62,378 nt of DNA from an uncultured Bacilli bacterium (lineage in GTDB: Bacteria > Bacillota_I > Bacilli_A > RF39 > UBA660): NCBI GenBank assembly GCA_944359085.1, contig CALVSQ010000001.1, forward strand, positions 1 to 62,378, written 5' to 3'. Positions 51,858 through 61,467 of the stretch are shown one piece after another. How positions within the stretch are numbered: position 1 is the stretch's first letter; every line of letters starts with the position of its first letter. Made by a program: the position numbers and the translations under genes. Below the pieces are notes generated by a model. The model was not told the DNA's origin. It made no database searches and saw only the letters and a list, made by a program, of their open reading frames with translations.

Positions 51858-51879
51858 TAAAGCGAGAGGAAATATAAAT
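51858..51879 (+). repeat. 22-nt direct repeat, copy 2 (upstream of the rbgA promoter)
   Basis: See copy 1. Followed by TGTGTTATAAT. Confidence 0.8.
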
Positions 51880-51930
51880 TTTGTGTTATAATTATATGTG
51901 CTGGAGACTTTAGAAAAGGAAGTGAAAAAA

Positions 51931-52815
51931 ATGAAAGATTTAGAAAAAACGTTCCCAAAAACAAGTATTAACTGGTACCCAGGCCATATGGCAAAAACAA
52001 AAAGATTAGTTAAAGAACAATTAGACTTAATAGATATAGTTTATGAAGTAATAGATGCAAGAATGCCTTATTCATCAAAAATAAAAGACATTGATGAAGT
52101 TATAAAAAGCAAACCAAGAATATTAATAATGACTAAATATGATTTATGTGATAAAAAAGAAACTGATAAATGGATAAAATATTATGAAGAAAAAGGTTAT
52201 AATGTTTTACCAATTGATCTAGAAAATAAACCAAATTTAAAACCTTTATTTAATTTAACTAGTGAATTAATGCAAGAAAAAAATGAAAAAAGAGAACAAA
52301 AAGGATTATTAAAAAGAAGAACTAGAGTATTAATAATAGGTATTCCTAATGTTGGGAAGTCAACTTTATTAAATAGATTAGTTGGTAAAAAAGCAGTAGA
52401 TGTAGGAAATAAACCAGGTGTTACAAAACAATTAAATTGGATTAGAATAAATAATGAATTAGAGTTATTAGATACTCCAGGTATTTTGTGGCCTAAATTA
52501 GATAATCAAAAAGTAGCTCTAAATCTTGCTAGCTTAACAGCAATTAAAGAAGAAATATTACCTTTATTTGATGTGTGTGAATATATTTTAAATACTTTAA
52601 ATAAATACTATAAAGATAAATTAAAAGAAAGATATGGCATTGAAGATATAAATGAAGATATAATTGATACTTTTGATATAATCGGTAAAAAAAGAGGTTG
52701 TTTAATTAAGGGTGGACAAGTTGATTATGATAAAGTAATCAATGTTATAATAAATGATATTAAAAATGGATATATTAAAAATATAACTTTTGATAGGATT
52801 GATGAAATTGGATAA
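51931..52815 (+). CDS. rbgA: ribosome biogenesis GTPase A
   Basis: INWYPGHMAKT, circularly permuted GTPase order (TKYDL before GIPNVGKST, DTPG). Confidence 0.9.
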   Translation: MKDLEKTFPKTSINWYPGHMAKTKRLVKEQLDLIDIVYEVIDARMPYSSKIKDIDEVIKSKPRILIMTKYDLCDKKETDKWIKYYEEKGYNVLPIDLENKPNLKPLFNLTSELMQEKNEKREQKGLLKRRTRVLIIGIPNVGKSTLLNRLVGKKAVDVGNKPGVTKQLNWIRINNELELLDTPGILWPKLDNQKVALNLASLTAIKEEILPLFDVCEYILNTLNKYYKDKLKERYGIEDINEDIIDTFDIIGKKRGCLIKGGQVDYDKVINVIINDIKNGYIKNITFDRIDEIG

Positions 52816-53185
52816 AAATGTTTTAGTTTTAGCTTACTTAGGCGATAGTGTTTTTGAAATAATAGTTAGAAAATATTTAATAGATCAAGGTATCAATAAA
52901 GTAAACACATTACAAAAAGAAGCTATTAAATATGTAAGTGCGAAAGGACAATGTAGTTTTGTTACTAAATTAATAGAAGAAAACAAATTAACTGATGGTG
53001 AATTAGAAATATTTTATAGAGGAAGAAATCATAAATCCAATTCTCACCCTAAAAATACTGATATTATAACTTATAAATATGCAACAGGGTTTGAAGCAAT
53101 AATAGGATATTTATATTTAAAAAATGATTACAAGAGAATAGAAGAAATAGGAGAGTTGTTATGTACGTATATGGTAAAAATGTAG
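52802..53185 (+). CDS. mrnC: mini-ribonuclease III
   Basis: LAYLGDSVFE ... ATGFEAIIGYLYL. Confidence 0.85.
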   Translation: MKLDKNVLVLAYLGDSVFEIIVRKYLIDQGINKVNTLQKEAIKYVSAKGQCSFVTKLIEENKLTDGELEIFYRGRNHKSNSHPKNTDIITYKYATGFEAIIGYLYLKNDYKRIEEIGELLCTYMVKM

Positions 53186-53820
53186 CTAAAGATATTAATA
53201 GTAAAGTAGAAAAAGTTTATGTTGTTAATAATTTTAAAGATAAAGAAATACTCAAAAATATTAAAGCACCTATAGTTTATGTTGATAAAAATAAATTAGA
53301 TAAAATGGTTGATGGTGTTCATCAAGGAATTGTTTTAAAAATAGCTGATTATGAGTATAAAGATATAAGTGAATTAAATAGTGATATTGTTGTTATGTTA
53401 GATCATTTAGAAGATCCTCATAATTTTGGAGCAATAATTAGAACTTGTGAAGCAGCTGGAGTTAAAGATATAATAATTCCTAAGGATAGAAGTGTTAAAG
53501 TAAATAGTACAGTTATGAAAACAAGCGCAGGTTGTTTAGATAGAGTAAATATTTATGAAGTTACTAATTTATCTCAAACAATTAATTATCTTAAAAAAAA
53601 TAATTATTGGATAATAGGAACTGATATGGAAGGAACTGATTATAAAGATATTGACTATAAAGGTAAAATTGTTATAATAATTGGTAATGAAGGAAATGGA
53701 ATGAGTAGGTTAGTAAAAGAATCTTGTGATTTTATAGCGACAATTCCTATGCTAGGAGAAGTTAATAGTTTAAATGCATCAGTAGCAGCTGGTATTATTA
53801 TATTTGAAACAAGGAGGTAG
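53161..53820 (+). CDS. rlmB: TrmH/SpoU-family 23S rRNA 2'-O-methyltransferase (RlmB/YacO-like)
   Basis: DPHNFGAIIRT, IIGNEGNGMS, SLNASVAAGI. Position between mrnC and sigH as in Bacillus. Confidence 0.8.
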   Translation: MYVYGKNVAKDINSKVEKVYVVNNFKDKEILKNIKAPIVYVDKNKLDKMVDGVHQGIVLKIADYEYKDISELNSDIVVMLDHLEDPHNFGAIIRTCEAAGVKDIIIPKDRSVKVNSTVMKTSAGCLDRVNIYEVTNLSQTINYLKKNNYWIIGTDMEGTDYKDIDYKGKIVIIIGNEGNGMSRLVKESCDFIATIPMLGEVNSLNASVAAGIIIFETRR

Positions 53821-53822
53821 AT

Positions 53823-54422
53823 ATGAATTATAAAGATTTTAATGATTATGAATTATTAGATCACATTCATAGTTGTAATGAAGACGCTAATGAAATAATG
53901 ATTTATAAATATCGACCTTTAACTGTTAATTTGGCTAAAAAATTAATAAAATACTGTAATGGTGGTATAGATTTAAATGATTTGATTCAAGAAGGATTAA
54001 TAGGGTTAAATGAAGCAGTTAATTCATTTAGAGAAGATAAAGAAACAAATTTTGGAACATATGCTAAATTATGTATTGAAAGAAGAATGTATAGTTTGGT
54101 AAAAAGCACAAGAACATATAAAAATAAAATATTAAATGAATCAATTTCATTAGAAGATGAAGATGAAAATAATATAGATAGATTTTTAGTAGATAATACA
54201 ACTAATCCTTCAGAAATGGTTGAAGAAAATGATTATCAAGAAAAAGTATTAAATGAATTAAACAATCAATTAACTGATTTAGAAAAACAGGTATTTGAAC
54301 TTAAAAAAAATGACTTTAATTATAAAGAAATAGCTGAAATATTAGATAAAGATCCTAAAGTAATTGATAATACAATTCAAAGAATAAAAACAAAATTAAA
54401 AAAGATTTTGAAAGTTATATAA
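53823..54422 (+). CDS. sigH: RNA polymerase sigma-H factor
   Basis: Collinear with B. subtilis SigH as recalled: DLIQEGLIGLNEAVNSFREDKETNFGTYAKLCIERR, LTDLEKQVF, YKEIAEIL, IDNTIQRIKTKLKK. Confidence 0.85.
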   Translation: MNYKDFNDYELLDHIHSCNEDANEIMIYKYRPLTVNLAKKLIKYCNGGIDLNDLIQEGLIGLNEAVNSFREDKETNFGTYAKLCIERRMYSLVKSTRTYKNKILNESISLEDEDENNIDRFLVDNTTNPSEMVEENDYQEKVLNELNNQLTDLEKQVFELKKNDFNYKEIAEILDKDPKVIDNTIQRIKTKLKKILKVI

Positions 54423-54449
54423 TAATGAAAAAACAAGTAAAATTTTAAG

Positions 54450-55058
54450 TTACTTGTTTTTATTTAATTCAATTTCTGGGTATTCATATTTTCTTAATAA
54501 TTCATTACCTTTAAGAAATTGACTTATTAAATCTTTACCACTAATATCTTCAAATACAAATTGGTCATCAATACTATTTAATGTTCTATAAAAACTATTT
54601 CCGTATAAAAATGCACTTTCTTCATTTAATTTCATAAAACCTTTTTGTAAAAATGATAATAATAATTTAGGATTAATTTCTTTAGCATAATAAAATGGTG
54701 ATTTACTTTTGATTCTAATATGTTTGATATATAATTCTTCGTATGTATGATCTAAATATAAAAATTGAATAAAAGACGGATCAATTATATACAAACCATT
54801 TTCTTTAAAATCGGCTACTAAAAAACTATGGCCAATAACATTACTAGCAATACATTTATTTGTTATGCAAGGATATATTGTAACATTTAATTTTTGTAAG
54901 TATCTACCGATTAATCCTTGAACTAAGTCGCATTGATTTTCATAATTAGAATGATTAACAATTTCATCAACACTATCAATAATATATTTTAAAAATATTT
55001 CTAATTCTTGCTCGGTTATTTTATTATTATTTAATATTTTATTTTCAATATCTTTCAA
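54450..55058 (-). CDS. hypothetical protein with a possible papain/transglutaminase-like Cys-His-Asp core
   Basis: NQCDLVQGLIGRYL ... GHSFLVADF ... LYIIDPS. TTG start after GGAAGTGA. Confidence 0.4.
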   Translation of the reverse strand: MKDIENKILNNNKITEQELEIFLKYIIDSVDEIVNHSNYENQCDLVQGLIGRYLQKLNVTIYPCITNKCIASNVIGHSFLVADFKENGLYIIDPSFIQFLYLDHTYEELYIKHIRIKSKSPFYYAKEINPKLLLSFLQKGFMKLNEESAFLYGNSFYRTLNSIDDQFVFEDISGKDLISQFLKGNELLRKYEYPEIELNKNK

Positions 55059-55062
55059 AATT

Positions 55063-56055
55063 TCACTTCCTTAGAATCCAAGCATTTGGTAAATATCTTG
55101 GCCCTGTATAATTATATCCACGTGGTTCGTTTATAATTTCATGATTTATTGTTAAAGTAGATGAACCTCCACCATCTAAATTAGCAGCATTATAAGCACC
55201 ATATTTTTCAAATAATGAAATCATATCTTTGATAGAAATTCCAGCACTTCCATTAGCCCCTCTACCATCAATTACTAAAAATAATACTATTCCATCTTTT
55301 CTTTGAGCGATAGATGTCCTATTAGCATATCCCCAACCACCATTACCTGATACTTCAGCAGATTTACCATTAACTATTAAAAAAGGCCCAAATGACATTG
55401 CATCAACAATACCATCTTTAATTGCATCTTCAGCACTTTTAGTAGTTAATACCAATACGCCATCTTTATTAAAACCTATTAATCCTCCACCATGAACATT
55501 AGAAGAACCAATTGATACTATTTTTCCATCTTGAATAGTAGTACCAGCAGGAGATAATACTTTATCATTTACTACAAAACCGCTTGCATTGATTGCTACT
55601 AATGCATCATAATCTTTACTTAACGCATCTAATGTTTGACCACCAGATTTTATATACTTTGAAGTAACAAGATCAATATTAGAGGAATCGTAAATAGCTA
55701 CTAAATAACCACTATAATCTTTTTCATTGATTTCAATTAATTTATATAATGCGTCTTTATCACGTTCTAATATTTGTTGTTCATAAATTGAATCATATTG
55801 ATTTTTTGAATCGTTATCAAAATTTATATCCGAAGCATCAGTATCACTATCAAATTCAGTAATTACATTATTTTTTAATGTTTCTATTATAATTTTATCT
55901 GAATATAATACATTAGCAAAATATTGATGATGTCCTGTTTTTAAAGCTGTTGTAATAAACCAATCTCGAAAATTAGGAATTGGGCCATATATTATAAATA
56001 AAACTATGATAGTTAGTATATCTATGATACTAATTATTATTGTTGATTTCTTCAT
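55063..56055 (-). CDS. phosphodiester glycosidase family (DUF2233) membrane-anchored protein
   Basis: ALVAINASGF, SFGPFLIVNGK, NRTSIAQRKDGIVLFLVIDGR, ANLDGGGSSTL. Confidence 0.75.
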   Translation of the reverse strand: MKKSTIIISIIDILTIIVLFIIYGPIPNFRDWFITTALKTGHHQYFANVLYSDKIIIETLKNNVITEFDSDTDASDINFDNDSKNQYDSIYEQQILERDKDALYKLIEINEKDYSGYLVAIYDSSNIDLVTSKYIKSGGQTLDALSKDYDALVAINASGFVVNDKVLSPAGTTIQDGKIVSIGSSNVHGGGLIGFNKDGVLVLTTKSAEDAIKDGIVDAMSFGPFLIVNGKSAEVSGNGGWGYANRTSIAQRKDGIVLFLVIDGRGANGSAGISIKDMISLFEKYGAYNAANLDGGGSSTLTINHEIINEPRGYNYTGPRYLPNAWILRK

Positions 56056-57058
56056 TATTGCCTCCTAAAATAAAAGGTGATAAATAACTACCATTACCTT
56101 TTTTGATTTCTATATCATTTTTAATGTATAGAGCAGGTCTGACATAGTGTTTGTTATCTATTGAATCTAAATATAAATTATTATTTTCATCGATAATATA
56201 AATATTTGTTTCATCCATATTTGATATTGTAAATGTATTTTGTAAATCATAAACGAACATTTCATCAATAGTTAATAATCCTATTTTGTGTGTTTCATTG
56301 TTAAAAATTCCTTTTACAATCAAATCTTTTTCTTTAAAGTTATCATAATATTCATTATTTAGATAGTTTAATAAACTTTTAAAATCAGTTTCATAATTAG
56401 TATTGTTTTCTTTTAAGTAGTCATCACTAACTATTTTTATTTTATCATTTTCTTTAGCAACAACTTTCCATAAACTATCGTTTAAATATAAATAGTGGCC
56501 AACAAATATATCATTTAAAGTTTCAAATTTGTTTTCCATTATTATATATGGATTATCGACACCACCACTGCCATAGTATATTTGTGTAGTTGGTTTTAAA
56601 TCTATGACAGGCTGAACATTTACAAAATCAGAATTATTTTTTAAATTTGTTATAGTTTCATCTTTTAAATAATTTAAATCTAGTGTGTTTCTAAATTCTT
56701 TTAGCCAATTATCAACTTTATTTTTTTCTAATTTTATTAATACATCATCGGTAGTAATTGTAATTGAATTATCTTCATTTATTTTAATGATTCGCCATGT
56801 GTAACCCATAAAATTTACATAATTATTTTTAGCTTCATCTGTAAATCGATATATATTATTCTCTTTAATTAGAGAGGGTGTTATTTCATATTTATCAATA
56901 CTTTGTTTTACTCTTTCTGCTAATATATTGGAATAAACTGTATTATCAACATTTAAATATTTAAAATATATTAATCTTCCTAAATAATAAATACCTAAAA
57001 TAATTATAATACCAATACTTATTATATTAAAAATTTTTTGTTTTTTCTCACTTATCAT
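56030..57058 (-). CDS. hypothetical membrane-anchored protein
   Basis: N-terminal TM. No recognisable motif. Overlaps the downstream gene start. Confidence 0.5.
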   Translation of the reverse strand: MISEKKQKIFNIISIGIIIILGIYYLGRLIYFKYLNVDNTVYSNILAERVKQSIDKYEITPSLIKENNIYRFTDEAKNNYVNFMGYTWRIIKINEDNSITITTDDVLIKLEKNKVDNWLKEFRNTLDLNYLKDETITNLKNNSDFVNVQPVIDLKPTTQIYYGSGGVDNPYIIMENKFETLNDIFVGHYLYLNDSLWKVVAKENDKIKIVSDDYLKENNTNYETDFKSLLNYLNNEYYDNFKEKDLIVKGIFNNETHKIGLLTIDEMFVYDLQNTFTISNMDETNIYIIDENNNLYLDSIDNKHYVRPALYIKNDIEIKKGNGSYLSPFILGGNNEEINNNN

Positions 57059-57172
57059 ATTTTAACTCCTTCATACAATGTCATCATTATATCAAATTTG
57101 TTACAAATAGACAATCATGTATTGTCTAGTAATTATTTATGTGATATTATATAGATAATGTAGGTGGTCCTA

Positions 57173-60019
57173 ATGTTTGAAAAAGATAAATTAAAAGAAA
57201 ATACGATATTTATTATTGTTTTAATTGGGATTATTTTAGTTCTTACTATAATTGATATTTTTATTAATAATAAAGATGATATTTTTACATCTTTAACTGA
57301 TGATAAAATAAATATAAAACAATTAGTAATAAACGAAATAATGACTTCTAATAAGGGAGCTTATACTGATTTAAATGGTAATACTTATGATTGGATAGAA
57401 TTATATAATGGCTATAATGAAGATATTAATTTAGCTAATTATACATTAAGTGATGAAGAATCAGGTAAAACAAAATGGATATTTCCAAATGTGACAATTA
57501 AAAGTAAAGAATATTTGATTGTTTATTTATCAGGAACTAATGATGAAGGAATGTACGCTAATTTCTCATTAAAAAAAGAAGGTGGCGAATTAGTAACTTT
57601 AAAAAAGCCTAATGGTAAAGTAGTTGATTCTGTTAGAACGGAAAGTTTAGAAAAAAATACTACTATGGCAAGAGATAGCCAAGGTAACTGGGTTAAAACA
57701 AATGAAGTCACACCTTGTTTTGATAATAATAAAGAGGGAAGAAATAAATATTTAGAATCATTAAAAAATACAGAAGATTATTTAATTATTAATGAATTTT
57801 TACCAAATAATAAAGGTAATTATAATGTAAATGGTGAATTTTTATCTTATATTGAAGTAAAAAATACAAGTAGTGAAACAATTAATCTACATGATTATTT
57901 TTTATCAGATGATGTATTAGAACCATTTTCTTGGCGTCTACCAGATGTTGAATTAAAAAGTAACGAAGTATATTTATTTTATACAACTGAATTAGATAAT
58001 GCTAATAATACTGATTTTAAATTAAATAAAAGTTCAGGGACTATAATTTTATCTAAAAAAAATAAAATAGTTGAACAAGTTGATTATAATAATGTAACAG
58101 GTGGTTATGCTTATATAAAATCTAATGGAACTTTTTATGAAGGAATAAATATAAGTCCAGGTTATGATGATATAGAACAATTTAATAAAAATGAAAGAAA
58201 AAATCCAAATGATTTAATTATAAATGAAGTTATGTCAAGTAATAATACTTATCTACCACAAAATGGTGGCAATTATTATGATTGGATTGAATTATATAAT
58301 AACAGTGATGAAACAATTAATTTAAGTGATTATACAATAACAACTGATGTTGATAATGTTAATTTGTATAAATTAGAAGATAAAGAATTAAAACCTGGTG
58401 AATATTATATTTTAATGGCTTCTGGTAATGTTAATAATAGTAATAGTAATTATAAACATACTAACTTTAAAATTTCACCAACTGAAAGTTTATATTTATA
58501 CAAAAATGGTAATTTAGTCGATTCAATTTTTATTTCTAGTATTCCTAAAGGATATAGTTATGGTAGAAATGAAGATAATGGACATTATTATTTTAAAACT
58601 CCAACACCTGGTAAAAATAATAGTTCTGGTATTAGTGCAATAGCTTATACCCCAACTTTTAATACTAAACCGGGAATATACAATGATATTGACAAATTAA
58701 CAGTAGAAATAAATGGTTCTGGGACTATATATTATACTTTAGATGGAAGTGAGCCAACTACTAATTCTAAAGTATATGATAGTCCTATTGTTTTATCTGA
58801 AACTACTGTTGTTAGGATCATAAATTATGAAGAAAATAAAAAAACGAGTGAAGTTGTAACAGCTTCTTACATTATTAATGAAAATCATACTTTGCCTGTG
58901 TTATCGATTGGAATGGCTCCTAATGATTTTAATCGTGTTTTAAATGCTGGAGGATCAAATTTAACATTACCTGCTCATGCAGAATTATTTGAAAGTGATG
59001 GTAGTTTTACTATTGATTGTGGATTCAAATTATTTGGTGGAAGTAGTAGATATATAAATAAAAAAAGTTTCTCTTTAAAATTTTCTTCAAAATATGGTAA
59101 TTCATCATTAGAATATAAAGTTTTTGATAATAGAGAAGCTACAAATTATAAATCATTAGTAATTAGAAGTGGATCACAAGATAGCCAATTTTCAATGATA
59201 AGAGATGAGTTAGCTACTTCAATTATGGATGATTATGGAACAGTTGATGTTCAAGCATATAAACCAGTTATTTTATATGTTAATGGTGGTTACTGGGGAA
59301 TATATTATTTAAGAGAAAAAGTAGATGAAGATTTTATTCAAAATCATTATAATGTTGATGGTAGTTATTCTAATATTATAAGAATTGATGGTGAAGTAAA
59401 ATATGGAACTAGAGATTTTTATAATGAATTAATTAACTTTGTTAAATATAATGATATATCTAATACTACTAATTATAATAAAGTAAAAGAAATGTTAGAT
59501 ATTGAAAATTATATAGATTATTGGATAGGAGAATTATATACAACTAATAATGATATTGTTAATCAAAGATATTTTAATAATACATTATTAGATAATGGTA
59601 AAATAAAAATGGTTTTCTATGATTTTGATTATGCATTTTATAATCAAAGATTTAATTATTTAAACTGGATGATTGATCCAAGCGGTATGAGTGAATATCA
59701 TTATGATAATACATTATTAATTAAATTATTACAAAATAAAGAATTTAGACAATTATTTTTAGAAAGAGCTTCTTATAACATGAATAATGTTTGGACAGAT
59801 GAAAATGTATTAAATAGATTTAATGAATTAAAAAAAATAATTGAACCTGAAATGCCACGTAATCAAGAAAGATGGGGTTATACTATGTCTACTTGGTATA
59901 GTGAACTTGATAAGTTAGAAAAATATATTAAAGAAAGAAGAAGTTATATGTTAAATAGTATTAAGTGGTATTTTGGCCTATCAAGTAAGGAGATGGAAAA
60001 ATATTTTGAAGATGTATAG
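57173..60019 (+). CDS. CotH-kinase family protein with three lamin-tail (LTD) repeats
   Basis: Three repeats of the INE..(S/P)NN...Y(D)WIELYN type, GTIYYTLDGSEPT module, then CotH blocks SFSLKF, LRSGSQD, RDELA, ILYVNGGYWGIYYLREKVDEDF. Confidence 0.85.
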   Translation: MFEKDKLKENTIFIIVLIGIILVLTIIDIFINNKDDIFTSLTDDKINIKQLVINEIMTSNKGAYTDLNGNTYDWIELYNGYNEDINLANYTLSDEESGKTKWIFPNVTIKSKEYLIVYLSGTNDEGMYANFSLKKEGGELVTLKKPNGKVVDSVRTESLEKNTTMARDSQGNWVKTNEVTPCFDNNKEGRNKYLESLKNTEDYLIINEFLPNNKGNYNVNGEFLSYIEVKNTSSETINLHDYFLSDDVLEPFSWRLPDVELKSNEVYLFYTTELDNANNTDFKLNKSSGTIILSKKNKIVEQVDYNNVTGGYAYIKSNGTFYEGINISPGYDDIEQFNKNERKNPNDLIINEVMSSNNTYLPQNGGNYYDWIELYNNSDETINLSDYTITTDVDNVNLYKLEDKELKPGEYYILMASGNVNNSNSNYKHTNFKISPTESLYLYKNGNLVDSIFISSIPKGYSYGRNEDNGHYYFKTPTPGKNNSSGISAIAYTPTFNTKPGIYNDIDKLTVEINGSGTIYYTLDGSEPTTNSKVYDSPIVLSETTVVRIINYEENKKTSEVVTASYIINENHTLPVLSIGMAPNDFNRVLNAGGSNLTLPAHAELFESDGSFTIDCGFKLFGGSSRYINKKSFSLKFSSKYGNSSLEYKVFDNREATNYKSLVIRSGSQDSQFSMIRDELATSIMDDYGTVDVQAYKPVILYVNGGYWGIYYLREKVDEDFIQNHYNVDGSYSNIIRIDGEVKYGTRDFYNELINFVKYNDISNTTNYNKVKEMLDIENYIDYWIGELYTTNNDIVNQRYFNNTLLDNGKIKMVFYDFDYAFYNQRFNYLNWMIDPSGMSEYHYDNTLLIKLLQNKEFRQLFLERASYNMNNVWTDENVLNRFNELKKIIEPEMPRNQERWGYTMSTWYSELDKLEKYIKERRSYMLNSIKWYFGLSSKEMEKYFEDV

Positions 60020-60680
60020 ACATGAATTAAAATTCATAATAAATAAAGCATATTCTGAAATGTTAAAAAATCAACTTGCTTTAATTATGGATATAGATGA
60101 AAATTCAATAGATAATACTTATTTTATAAGAAGCTTATATTTTGATGATATAAACAATAGTGCTTATTATGAAAAGGTTGATGGAGTAGAAAAAAGAAAA
60201 AAATATCGTATTCGTATTTATAATTTAGATGATTCATTTATCAGATTAGAAAGAAAAGACAAAGATAGAGATTTGACTCATAAAGAGCAAACAAAAATAT
60301 CTAAAGAAATATATAATAAAATAATTAATAATGATTTAGATGATATTGATTTATCTGATGATTTATTAAAAGAATTTATAACATTTATTAAAACGAAAGG
60401 ATTAAAACCAGCGGTTATAGTTGATTATAATCGATTAGCTTACACGTATCCTTTGTTTAATACAAGAATTACTTTTGATGAAAATATTAAATCAGGTAGA
60501 TTTAGTAATGATTTATTTGGTGATTGTCAAACTTATAATGTATTAGATGATGAAGTAGTATTGGAAGTTAAATTTAATGAAATGTTACCTAGTCATATTG
60601 CTTCTGTTATCATGAATATACCAAGCGTAAGACAAGCAATATCTAAATACGCATTATGTTTTGAAAAGAAGGAGATTTAA
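60012..60680 (+). CDS. VTC-domain (polyphosphate polymerase-like, TTM fold) protein
   Basis: MYRHELKFII, IRSLYFDD, KRKKYRIRIYN, RLERKDK, VLEVKF. ATGTATAG overlap with the CotH stop. Confidence 0.8.
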   Translation: MYRHELKFIINKAYSEMLKNQLALIMDIDENSIDNTYFIRSLYFDDINNSAYYEKVDGVEKRKKYRIRIYNLDDSFIRLERKDKDRDLTHKEQTKISKEIYNKIINNDLDDIDLSDDLLKEFITFIKTKGLKPAVIVDYNRLAYTYPLFNTRITFDENIKSGRFSNDLFGDCQTYNVLDDEVVLEVKFNEMLPSHIASVIMNIPSVRQAISKYALCFEKKEI

Positions 60681-60682
60681 TT

Positions 60683-61330
60683 ATGGGATTTTTAGATTTA
60701 ATTAAAAAAGGAGTAGTTGAAGAATTTACAGGAACAATTTCAACCGGAGATTTATTTTTATCACTTATTATTGCTTTTATATGTGCAATATTTATAACTT
60801 ATATTTATAAAAAAACTTATACTGGAGTTTCTTATACAAAATCATTTGTATTATCAATTATATTGTTATCTATGGTAACATCACTAGTAATTAGAACAAT
60901 AAATTCTAATTTGGCTTTATCATTAGGTATGGTTGGTGCTTTATCTATCGTTCGTTTTAGGACAGCTGTAAAAGATTCAGTTGATACGATATTTATGTTT
61001 TGGGCAATTGCTGTAGGTATTATGTCAGGAGCAGGATTATATTTAATAACAATAATCGCTTGTGCTTTATTAGGATTATTTTATTTAATAAGTTATTTTA
61101 AAGTATTTAAACCAATCGATAAATATTTGTTAGTTGTAAATACTAGTAAAAAAGATTCTTTAGAAGTAGCCAAGATATTTGCTAATAAAAATTGCGCTTT
61201 AAAAACAGAATCTATTAAAAAAGATAAAGTAGAATTAACTTATGAAGTAATAGGTAAAGAATTTGCTAATACTATATTAGAAATGAGAAATGATGCTATA
61301 GAAAGTATTCATATGATTAATATTAATTAA
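60683..61330 (+). CDS. DUF4956 membrane protein
   Basis: LSIVRFRTAVKDSVDTIFMFWAIAVGIMSGAG block typical of DUF4956, the usual partner of bacterial VTC-domain genes. Confidence 0.8.
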   Translation: MGFLDLIKKGVVEEFTGTISTGDLFLSLIIAFICAIFITYIYKKTYTGVSYTKSFVLSIILLSMVTSLVIRTINSNLALSLGMVGALSIVRFRTAVKDSVDTIFMFWAIAVGIMSGAGLYLITIIACALLGLFYLISYFKVFKPIDKYLLVVNTSKKDSLEVAKIFANKNCALKTESIKKDKVELTYEVIGKEFANTILEMRNDAIESIHMININ

Positions 61331-61375
61331 TGATTTTTAAGATCATTAATTTTTTCATAATTTTTAATAAAATAA

Positions 61376-61404
61376 TTGACAGATAAAGTGATCTATGATA
61401 ATAT
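61376..61404 (+). promoter_or_regulatory. sigma-A type promoter upstream of secE-nusG
   Basis: TTGACA, 17 nt, TAATAT with an upstream TG. Confidence 0.55.
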
Positions 61405-61467
61405 TTATATAAACACGAAAAAGTGTTTTTATTTTGAAAAAAATTCATATAATTTAAGAGGTGAACT

